Below, piece after piece: positions 51,231 to 63,200 of a stretch of DNA of 64,000 nt. Position 1 is the first letter of the stretch. Every line of letters begins with the position of its first letter. The translations under genes were made by a program, and so were the position numbers. A model generated the notes under the pieces. The model saw only the letters and a program-made list of their open reading frames with translations, had not been told where the DNA came from and did no database searches. Location of the stretch: contig CAXHJY010000096.1 in the NCBI GenBank assembly GCA_964016885.1, positions 806,001 through 870,000 of the forward strand. The letters are read 5' to 3'. This stretch comes from Eledone cirrhosa (taxonomy: Eukaryota).

Positions 51231-54200
51231 GAGATAATTTCCAGCCCTCCAAGGGGCTATAATTTCCAGTGTCCAAGGGGAGATAATTTCCAGCCAGCGA
51301 AGGGGAGATAATTTTTTTTTAAAAATCATTGGGAGATTTGTAAAAAAAATCAGGGGGAGATAATTTGTAAAAAAAATCAAGGGGAGATAATTTCCAGCCG
51401 TCCAAGGGGAGGTAATATCTAGCCGTCCAAGGGTAGATAATTTCCAGCCGTCCAACGGGAGATAATTTCCAGCCGTCCAAGGGTAGATAATATCCAGCCG
51501 CCCAAGGACATATTTTCCAGCCGTCCAAGGAGAGGTAATTTCTAGCCGTCCAAGGGGAGATAATTTCCAGCCGTCCAAGGGTAGATAATATCCAGCCGTC
51601 CAAGGACATATTTTCCAGCCGTCCAAGGAGAGGTAATTTCTAGCCGTCCAAGGGGAGATAAATTCCAGCCTCCAAGGGGAGATAATTTCCAGCCAGCCAA
51701 GGGGAGATAATTTGTAAAAAAATCAGGGGGAGATAATTTGTAAAAAAAATCAGGGGGAGATAATTTGTAAAAAAAAATCAGGGGGAGATAATTTGTAAAA
51801 AAAAATCAGGGTGAGATAATTTGCAAAAAAAATCAGGGGGAGATAATTTGTAAAAAAAAATCAGGGGTAGATAATTTGTAAAAAAAAATCAGGGGGAGAT
51901 AATTTGTAAAAAAAAATCAGGGGGAGATAATTTGTAAAAAAAATCAAGGGGAGATAATTTCCAGCCGTCCAAGGAGAGATAATTTAAAAAAAAATCAGGC
52001 GGAGATAATTTGTAAAAAAAAATCAGGGGGAGATAATTTGTAAAAAAAATCAGGGGGAGATAATTTGTAAAAAAAAATCAGGGGTAGATAATTTGTAAAA
52101 AAAAATCAGGGGGAGATAATTTGTAAAAAAAAATCAGGAGGAGATAATTTGTAAAAAAAATCAAGGGGAGATAATTTCCAGCCGTCCAAGGAGAGATAAT
52201 TTAAAAAAAAATCAGGCGGAGATAATTTGTAAAAAAAAATCAGGGGGAGATAATTTGTAAAAAAAAATCAGGGGGAGATAATTTGTAAAAAAAATCAAGG
52301 GGAGATAATTTCCAGCCGTCCAAGGGGAGATAATTTTCAGCCGTCCAAGGGGAGATAATTTCCCGCCAGCCAAGGGAAGATAATATTCAAAAAAATCAGG
52401 CGGAGATAATTTGTAAAAAAAATCAGGGGGAGATAATTTGTAAAAAAATCAGGGGGAGATAATTTGTAAAAAAAAAAATCAGGGGGAGATAATTTGTAAA
52501 AAAAATCAGGGGGAGATAATTTGTAAAAAAAATCAGGGGTAGATAATTTGTAAAAAAAAATCAGGGGGAGATAATTTGTAAAAAAAAATCAGGGGGAGAT
52601 AATTTGTAAAAAAAATGAAAGGGGAGATAATATCCAGCCGTCCAAGGGGAGATAATTTCCAGCCGTCCAAGGGGAGATAATTTCCAGCCGTCCAAGGGGA
52701 GATAATTTCCATCCTTCCAAGGGGATATAATTTCCAGCCGTCCAAGGGGAGATAATTTCCATCCTTCCAAGGGGATATAATTTCCAGCCGTCCAAGGGGA
52801 GATAATTTTCAGCCGTCCAAGGAGAGGTAATTTCTAGCCGTCCAAGGAGAGATAATTTCCAGCCGTCCAAGGGGAGATAATTTCCAGCCGTCCAAGGGGA
52901 GATAATTTCCAGCCGTCCAAGGAGACATATTTTCCAGCCGTCCAAGGAGAGGTAATTCCTAGCCGTCCAAGGGGAGATAAATTCCAGCCTCCAAGGGGAG
53001 ATAATTTCCAGCCAGCCAAGGGGAGATAATTTGTAAAAAAAATCAGGGGGAGATAATTTGTAAAAAAAATCAGGGGGAGATAATTTGTAAAAAAAAATCA
53101 GGGGTAGATAATTTGTAAAAAATAATCAGGGGGAGATAATTTGTAAAAAAAATCAAGGGGAGATAATTTCCAGCCGTCCAAGGGGAGATAATTTTCAGCC
53201 GTCCAAGGGGAGATAATTTCCCGCCAGCCAAGGGAAGATAATATTTAAAAAAATTAGGCGGAGATAATTTGTAAAAAAAATCAGGGGGAGATAATTTGTA
53301 AAAAAATCAGGGGGAGATAATTTGTAAAAAAAATCAGGGGGAGATAATTTGTAAAAAAAATCAGGGGGAGATAATTTGTAAAAAAAAATCAGGGGGAGAT
53401 AATTTGTAAAAAAAATCAAGGGGAGATAATTTCCAGCCGTCCAAGGGAAGATAATTTCCAGCCCTCCAAGGGGCTATAATTTCCAGCGTCCAAGGGGAGA
53501 TAATTTCCAGCCAGCGAAGGGGAGATAATTTTTTTTAAAAAATCATTGGGAGATTTGTAAAAAAAATCAGGGGGAGATAATTTGTAAAAAAAATCAAGGG
53601 GAGATAATTTCCAGCCGTCCAAGGGGAGGTAATATCTAGCCGTCCAAGGGGAGATAATTTCCAGCCGTCCAAGGGGAGATAATTTCCAGCCGTCCAAGGG
53701 TAGATAATATCCAGCCGTCCAAGGACATATTTTCCAGCCGTCCAAGGAGAGGTAATTTCTAGCCGTCCAAGGGGAGATAAATTCCAGCCTCCAAGGTGAG
53801 ATAATTTCCAGCCAGCCAAGGGGAGATAATTTGTAAAAAAATCAGGGGGAGATAATTTGTAAAAAAAATCAGGGGGAGATAATTTGTAAAAAAAAATCAG
53901 GGGGAGATAATTTGTAAAAAAAAATCAGGGGGAGATAATTTGTAAAAAAAAATCAGGGGGAGATAATTTGTAAAAAAATCAAGGGGAGATAATTTCCAGC
54001 CGTCCAAGGGGAGATAATTTTCAGCCGTCCAAGGGGAGATAATTTCCCGCCAGCCAAGGGAAGATAATATTTGAAAAAATCAGGCGGAGATAATTTGTAA
54101 AAAAAATCAGGGGGAGATAATTTGTAAAAAAATCAGGGGGAGATAATTTGTAAAAAAAAAATCAGGGGGAGATAATTTGTAAAAAGAATCAGGGGGAGAT

Positions 54201-57200
54201 AATTTGTAAAAAAAAATCAGGGGTAGATAAATTGTAAAAAAAAATCAGGGGGAGATAATTTGTAAAAAAAATCAGGGGGAGATAATTTGTAAAAAAAATG
54301 AAAGGGGAGATAATATCCAGCCGTCCAAGGGGAGATAATTTCCAGCCGTCCAAGGGGAGATAATTTCCAGCCGTCCAAGGGGAGATAATTTCCATCCTTC
54401 CAAGGGGATATAATTTCCAGCCGTCCAAGGGGAGATAATTTCCCGCCAGCCAAGGGAAGATAATTTTTAAAAAAATCAGGCGGAGATTGTAAAAAAAATC
54501 AGGGGGGAGATAATTTGTAAAAAAATCAGGGGGAGATAATTTGTAAAAAAAAATCAGGGGGAGATAATTTGTAAAAAATAATCAGGGGGAGATAATTTGT
54601 AAAAAAAAATCAAGGGGAGATAATTTCCAGCCGTCCAAGGGGAGATAATTTCCCGCCAGCCAAGGGAAGATAATATTTAAAAAAATTAGGCGGAGATAAT
54701 TTGTAAAAAAAATCAGGGGGAGATAATTTGTAAAAAAATCAGGGGGAGATAATTTGTAAAAAAAATCAGGGGGAGATAATTTGTAAAAAAATTCATGGGG
54801 AGATAATTTGTAAAAAAAAATCAGGGGTAGATAATTTGTAAAAAAAAATCAGGGGGAGATAATTTGTAAAAAAAAAATCAGGGGGAGATAATTTGTAAAA
54901 AAAAATCAGGGGGAGATAATTTGTAAAAAAAATCAAGGGGAGATAATTTCCAGCCGTCCAAGGGAAGATAATTTCCAGCCCTCCAAGGGGCTATAATTTC
55001 CAGCGTCCAAGGGGAGATAATTTCCAGCCAGCGAAGGGGAGATAATTTTTTTTAAAAAATCATTGGGAGATTTGTAAAAAAAATCAGGGGGAGATAATTT
55101 GTAAAAAAAATCAAGGGGAGATAATTTCCAGCCGTCCAAGGGGAGGTAATATCTAGCCGTCCAAGGGGAGATAATTTCCAGCCGTCCAAGGGGAGATAAT
55201 TTCCAGCCGTCCAAGGGTAGATAATATCCAGCCGTCCAAGGACATATTTTCCAGCCGTCCAAGGAGAGGTAATTTCTAGCCGTCCAAGGGGAGATAAATT
55301 CCAGCCTCCAAGGTGAGATAATTTCCAGCCAGCCAAGGGGAGATAATTTGTAAAAAAATCAGGGGGAGATAATTTGTAAAAAAAATCAGGGGGAGATAAT
55401 TTGTAAAAAAAAATCAGGGGGAGATAATTTGTAAAAAAAAATCAGGGGGAGATAATTTGTAAAAAAAAATCAGGGGGAGATAATTTGTAAAAAAATCAAG
55501 GGGAGATAATTTCCAGCCGTCCAAGGGGAGATAATTTTCAGCCGTCCAAGGGGAGATAATTTCCCGCCAGCCAAGGGAAGATAATATTTGAAAAAATCAG
55601 GCGGAGATAATTTGTAAAAAAAATCAGGGGGAGATAATTTGTAAAAAAATCAGGGGGAGATAATTTGTAAAAAAAAAATCAGGGGGAGATAATTTGTAAA
55701 AAGAATCAGGGGGAGATAATTTGTAAAAAAAAATCAGGGGTAGATAAATTGTAAAAAAAAATCAGGGGGAGATAATTTGTAAAAAAAATCAGGGGGAGAT
55801 AATTTGTAAAAAAAATGAAAGGGGAGATAATATCCAGCCGTCCAAGGGGAGATAATTTCCAGCCGTCCAAGGGGAGATAATTTCCAGCCGTCCAAGGGGA
55901 GATAATTTCCATCCTTCCAAGGGGATATAATTTCCAGCCGTCCAAGGGGAGATAATTTCCCGCCAGCCAAGGGAAGATAATTTTTAAAAAAATCAGGCGG
56001 AGATTGTAAAAAAAATCAGGGGGGAGATAATTTGTAAAAAAATCAGGGGGAGATAATTTGTAAAAAAAAATCAGGGGGAGATAATTTGTAAAAAATAATC
56101 AGGGGGAGATAATTTGTAAAAAAAAATCAAGGGGAGATAATTTCCAGCCGTCCAAGGGGAGATAATTTCCCGCCAGCCAAGGGAAGATAATATTTAAAAA
56201 AATTAGGCGGAGATAATTTGTAAAAAAAATCAGGGGGAGATAATTTGTAAAAAAATCAGGGGGAGATAATTTGTAAAAAAAATCAGGGGGAGATAATTTG
56301 TAAAAAAATTCATGGGGAGATAATTTGTAAAAAAAAATCAGGGGTAGATAATTTGTAAAAAAAAATCAGGGGGAGATAATTTGTAAAAAAAAAATCAGGG
56401 GGAGATAATTTGTAAAAAAAATCAAGGGGAGATAATTTCCAGCCGTCCAAGGGGAGATAATTTTCAGTCGTCCAAGGAGAGGTAATTTCTAGCCGTCCAA
56501 GGGGAGATAATTTCCAGCCGTCCAAGGGGAGATAATTTCCAGCCGTCCAAGGGGAGATAATTTTTTTTAAAAAATCAGGCGGAGATAATTTGTAAAAAAA
56601 ATCAGGGGGAGATAATTTGTAAACAAAATCAGGGGGAGATAATTTGTAAAAAAAAATCAGGGGGAGATAATTTGTAAAAAAAATTAGGCGTAGATAATTT
56701 TTAAAAAAAAATCAGGGGGAGATAATTTGTAAAAAAAAATCAGGGGGAGATAATTTGTTTAAAAAATCAAGGGGAGATAATTTGCAGCCGTCCAAGGGGA
56801 GATAATTTTCAGCCGTCCAAGGAGAGGTAATTTCTAGCCGTTCAAGGGGAGATAATTTCCAGCCGTCCAAGGGGAGATAATTTCCAGCCGTCCAAGGGGA
56901 GATAATTTTTTTTAAAAAATCAGGCGGAGATAATTTGTAAAAAAAAATCAGGGGGAGATAATTCGTAAAAAAAAATCAGGGGGAGATAATTTGTAAAAAA
57001 AAATCAGGGGGAGATAATTTGTAAAAAAAATCAAGGGGAGATAATTTCCAGCCGTCCAAGGGGAGGTAATATCTAGCCGTCCAAGGGGAGATAATTTCCA
57101 GCCGTCCAAGGGGAGATAATTTCCAGCCGTCCAAGGGGAGATAATTTCCAGCCGTCCAAGGAGACATATTTTCCAGCCGTCCAAGGCGAGGTAATTTCTA

Positions 57201-60200
57201 GCCGTCCAAGGGGAGATTAATTCCAGCCTCCAAGGGGAGATAATTTCCAGCCAGCCAAGGGGAGATAATTTGTAAAAAAATCAGGGGGAGATAATTTGTA
57301 AAAAATATCAGGGAGATAATTTGTAAAAAAAAATCAGGGGGAGATAATTTGTAAAAAAAATCAGGGGGAGATAATTTGTAAAAAAAAATCAGGGGGAGAT
57401 AATTTGTAAAAAAAATCAAGGGGAGATAATTTCCAGCCGTCCAAGGGGAGATAATTTTCAGCCGTCCAAGGAGAGGTAATTTCTAACCGTCCGAGGAGAG
57501 ATAATTTCCAGCCGTCCAAGGGGAGATAATTTCCAGCCGTCCAAGGGGAGATAATTTCCAGCCGTCCAAGGAGACATATTTTCCAGCCGTCCAAGGAGAG
57601 GTAAATTCTAGCCGTCCAAGGGGAGATAAATTCCAGCCTCCAAGGGGAGATAATTTCCAGCCAGCCAAGGGGAGATAATTTGTAAAAAAATCAGGGGGAG
57701 ATAATTTGCAAAAAAAATCAGGGGGAGATAATTTGTAAAAAAAATCAGGGGGAGATAATTTGTAAAAAATAATCAGGGGGAGATAATTTCCAGCCCTCCA
57801 AGGGGCTATAATTTCCAGTGTCCAAGGGGAGATAATTTCCAGCCAGCGAAGGGGAGATAATTTTTTTTTAAAAATCATTGGGAGATTTGTAAAAAAAATC
57901 AGGGGGAGATAATTTGTAAAAAAAATCAAGGGGAGATAATTTCCAGCCGTCCAAGGGGAGGTAATATCTAGCCGTCCAAGGGTAGATAATTTCCAGCCGT
58001 CCAACGGGAGATAATTTCCAGCCGTCCAAGGGTAGATAATATCCAGCCGCCCAAGGACATATTTTCCAGCCGTCCAAGGAGAGGTAATTTCTAGCCGTCC
58101 AAGGGGAGATAATTTCCAGCCGTCCAAGGGTAGATAATATCCATCCGTCCAAGGACATATTTTCCAGCCGTCCAAGGAGAGGTAATTTCTAGCCGTCCAA
58201 GGGGAGATAAATTCCAGCCTCCAAGGGGAGATAATTTCCAGCCAGCCAAGGGGAGATAATTTGTAAAAAAATCAGGGGGAGATAATTTGTAAAAAAAATC
58301 AGGGGGAGATAATTTGTAAAAAAAAATCAGGGGGAGATAATTTGTAAAAAAAAATCAGGGTGAGATAATTTGCAAAAAAAATCAGGGGGAGATAATTTGT
58401 AAAAAAAAATCAGGGGGAGATAATTTGTAAAAAAAATCAAGGGGAGATAATTTCCAGCCGTCCAAGGAGAGATAATTTAAAAAAAAATCAGGCGGAGATA
58501 ATTTGTAAAAAAAAATCAGGGGGAGATAATTTGTAAAAAAAATCAGGGGGAGATAATTTGTAAAAAAAAATCAGGGGTAGATAATTTGTAAAAAAAAATC
58601 AGGGGGAGATAATTTGTAAAAAAAAATCAGGAGGAGATAATTTGTAAAAAAAATCAAGGGGAGATAATTTCCAGCCGTCCAAGGAGAGATAATTTAAAAA
58701 AAAATCAGGCGGAGATAATTTGTAAAAAAAAATCAGGGGGAGATAATTTGTAAAAAAAAATCAGGGGGAGATAATTTGTAAAAAAAATCAAGGGGAGATA
58801 ATTTCCAGCCGTCCAAGGGGAGATAATTTTCAGCCGTCCAAGGGGAGATAATTTCCCGCCAGCCAAGGGAAGATAATATTCAAAAAAATCAGGCGGAGAT
58901 AATTTGTAAAAAAAATCAGGGGGAGATAATTTGTAAAAAAATCAGGGGGAGATAATTTGTAAAAAAAAAAATCAGGGGGAGATAATTTGTAAAAAAAATC
59001 AGGGGGAGATAATTTGTAAAAAAAATCAGGGGTAGATAATTTGTAAAAAAAAATCAGGGGGAGATAATTTGTAAAAAAAAATCAGGGGGAGATAATTTGT
59101 AAAAAAAATGAAAGGGGAGATAATATCCAGCCGTCCAAGGGGAGATAATTTCCAGCCGTCCAAGGGGAGATAATTTCCAGCCGTCCAAGGGGAGATAATT
59201 TCCATCCTTCCAAGGGGATATAATTTCCAGCCGTCCAAGGGGAGATAATTTCCATCCTTCCAAGGGGATATAATTTCCAGCCGTCCAAGGGGAGATAATT
59301 TTCAGCCGTCCAAGGAGAGGTAATTTCTAGCCGTCCAAGGAGAGATAATTTCCAGCCGTCCAAGGGGAGATAATTTCCAGCCGTCCAAGGGGAGATAATT
59401 TCCAGCCGTCCAAGGAGACATATTTTCCAGCCGTCCAAGGAGAGGTAATTCCTAGCCGTCCAAGGGGAGATAAATTCCAGCCTCCAAGGGGAGATAATTT
59501 CCAGCCAGCCAAGGGGAGATAATTTGTAAAAAAAATCAGGGGGAGATAATTTGTAAAAAAAATCAGGGGGAGATAATTTGTAAAAAAAAATCAGGGGTAG
59601 ATAATTTGTAAAAAATAATCAGGGGGAGATAATTTGTAAAAAAAATCAAGGGGAGATAATTTCCAGCCGTCCAAGGGGAGATAATTTTCAGCCGTCCAAG
59701 GGGAGATAATTTCCCGCCAGCCAAGGGAAGATAATATTTAAAAAAATTAGGCGGAGATAATTTGTAAAAAAAATCAGGGGGAGATAATTTGTAAAAAAAT
59801 CAGGGGGAGATAATTTGTAAAAAAAATCAGGGGGAGATAATTTGTAAAAAAAATCAGGGGGAGATAATTTGTAAAAAAAAATCAGGGGGAGATAATTTGT
59901 AAAAAAAATCAAGGGGAGATAATTTCCAGCCGTCCAAGGGAAGATAATTTCCAGCCCTCCAAGGGGCTATAATTTCCAGCGTCCAAGGGGAGATAATTTC
60001 CAGCCAGCGAAGGGGAGATAATTTTTTTTAAAAAATCATTGGGAGATTTGTAAAAAAAATCAGGGGGAGATAATTTGTTAAAAAAATCAAGGGGAGATAA
60101 TTTCCAGCCGTCCAAGGGGAGGTAATATCTAGCCGTCCAAGGGGAGATAATTTCCAGCCGTCCAAGGGGAGATAATTTCCAGCCGTCCAAGGGTAGATAA

Positions 60201-63200
60201 TATCCAGCCGTCCAAGGACATATTTTCCAGCCGTCCAAGGAGAGGTAATTTCTAGCCGTCCAAGGGGAGATAAATTCCAGCCTCCAAGGTGAGATAATTT
60301 CCAGCCAGCCAAGGGGAGATAATTTGTAAAAAAATCAGGGGGAGATAATTTGTAAAAAAAATCAGGGGGAGATAATTTGTAAAAAAAAATCAGGGGGAGA
60401 TAATTTGTAAAAAAAAATCAGGGGGAGATAATTTGTAAAAAAAAATCAGGGGGAGATAATTTGTAAAAAAATCAAGGGGAGATAATTTCCAGCCGTCCAA
60501 GGGGAGATAATTTTCAGCCGTCCAAGGGGAGATAATTTCCCGCCAGCCAAGGGAAGATAATATTTGAAAAAATCAGGCGGAGATAATTTGTAAAAAAAAT
60601 CAGGGGGAGATAATTTGTAAAAAAATCAGGGGGAGATAATTTGTAAAAAAAAAATCAGGGGGAGATAATTTGTAAAAAGAATCAGGGGGAGATAATTTGT
60701 AAAAAAAAATCAGGGGTAGATAAATTGTAAAAAAAAATCAGGGGGAGATAATTTGTAAAAAAAATCAGGGGGAGATAATTTGTAAAAAAAATGAAAGGGG
60801 AGATAATATCCAGCCGTCCAAGGGGAGATAATTTCCAGCCGTCCAAGGGGAGATAATTTCCAGCCGTCCAAGGGGAGATAATTTCCATCCTTCCAAGGGG
60901 ATATAATTTCCAGCCGTCCAAGGGGAGATAATTTCCCGCCAGCCAAGGGAAGATAATTTTTAAAAAAATCAGGCGGAGATTGTAAAAAAAATCAGGGGGG
61001 AGATAATTTGTAAAAAAATCAGGGGGAGATAATTTGTAAAAAAAAATCAGGGGGAGATAATTTGTAAAAAATAATCAGGGGGAGATAATTTGTAAAAAAA
61101 AATCAAGGGGAGATAATTTCCAGCCGTCCAAGGGGAGATAATTTTCCGCCAGCCAAGGGAAGATAATATTTAAAAAAATTAGGCGGAGATAATTTGTAAA
61201 AAAAATCAGGGGGAGATAATTTGTAAAAAAATCAGGGGGAGATAATTTGTAAAAAAAATCAGGGGGAGATAATTTGTAAAAAAATTCATGGGGAGATAAT
61301 TTGTAAAAAAAAATCAGGGGTAGATAATTTGTAAAAAAAAATCAGGGGGAGATAATTTGTAAAAAAAAATCAGGGGGAGATAATTTGTAAAAAAAATCAA
61401 GGGGAGATAATTTCCAGCCGTCCAAGGGGAGATAATTTTCAGCCGTCCAAGGAGAGGTAATTTCTAGCCGTCCAAGGGGAGATAATTTCCAGCCGTCCAA
61501 GGGGAGGTAATTTCCAGCCGTCCAAGGGGAGATAATTTTAAAAAAAAAATCAGGCGGAGATAATTTGTAAAAAAAATCAAGGGGAGATAATTTGCAGCCG
61601 TCCAAGGGGAGATAATTTTCAGTCGTCCAATGAGAGGTAATTTCTAGCCGTCCAAGGGGAGATAATTGCCAGCCGTCCAAGGGGAGATAATTTCCAGCCG
61701 TCCAAGGGGAGATAATTTTTTTTAAAAAATCAGGCGGAGATAATTTGTAAAAAAAATCAGGGGGAGATAATTTGTAAACAAAATCAGGGGGAGATAATTT
61801 GTAAAAAAAAATCAGGGGGAGATAATTTGTAAAAAAAATCATGGAGAGATAATTTCCAGCCGTCCAAGGTGAGATAATTTCCAGCCGTCCAAGGAGACAT
61901 ATTTTCCAGCCGTCCAAGGCGAGGTAATTTCTAGCCGTCCAAGGGGAGATAAATTCCAGCCTCCAAGGGGAGATAATTTCCAGCCAGCCAAGTGGAGATA
62001 ATTTGTAAAAAAATCAGGGGGAGATAATTTGTAAAAAATATCAGGGAGATAATTTGTAAAAAAAAATCAGGGGGAGATAATTTGTAAAAAAAATCAGGGG
62101 GAGATAATTTGTAAAAAAAAATCAGGGGGAGATAATTTGTAAAAAAAATCAAGGGGAGATAATTTCCAGCCGTCCAAGGGGAGATAATTTTCAGCCGTCC
62201 AAGGGGAGATAATTTCCCGCCAGCCAAGGGAAGATAATATTTAAAAAAATCAGGCGGAGATAATTTGTAAAAAAAATCAGGGGGAGATAATTTGTAAAAA
62301 AATCAGGGGGAGATAATTTGTAAAAAAAAAATCAGGGGGAGATAATTTGTAAAAAAAATCAGGGGGAGATAATTTGTAAAAAAAAATCAGGGGTAGATAA
62401 TTTGTAAACAAAAATCAGGGGGAGATAATTTGTAAAAAAAAATCAGGGGGAGATAATTTGTAAAAAAAATGAAAGGGGAGATAATATCCAGCCGTCCAAG
62501 GGGAGATAATTTCCAGCCGTCCAAGGGGATATAATTTCCAGCCGTCCAAGGGGAGATAATTTCCATCCTTCCAAGGGGATATAATTTCCAGCCGTCCAAG
62601 GGGAGATAATTTCCCGCCAGCCAAGGGAAGATAATTTTTAAAAAAATCAGGCGGAGATTGTAAAAAAAATCAGGGGGGAGATAATTTGTAAAAAAATCAG
62701 GGGGAGATAATTTGTAAAAAATAATCAGGGGGAGATAATTTGTAAAAAAATTCAAGGGGAGATAATTTCCAGCCGTCCAAGGGGAGATAATTTCCCGCCA
62801 GCCAAGGGAAGATAATATTTAAAAAAATTAGGCGGAGATAATTTGTAAAAAAAATCAGGGATAGATAATTTGTAAAAAAATCAGGGGGAGATAATTTGTA
62901 AAAAAAATCAGGGGGAGATAATTTGTAAAAAAAATCATGGGGAGATAATTTGTAAAAAAAAATCAGGGGTAGATAATTTGTAAAAAAAAATCAGGGGGAG
63001 ATAATTTGTAAAAAAAAATCAGGGGGAGATAATTTGTAAAAAAAATCAAGGGGAGATAATATCCAGCCGTCCAAGGAGAGATAATTTAAAAAAAAAATGA
63101 GGCGGAGATAATTTGTAAAAAAAAAATCAGGGGGAGTTAATTTGTAAAAAAAAATGAGGGGGAGATAATTTGTAAAAAAAATCAAGGGGAGATAATTTCC

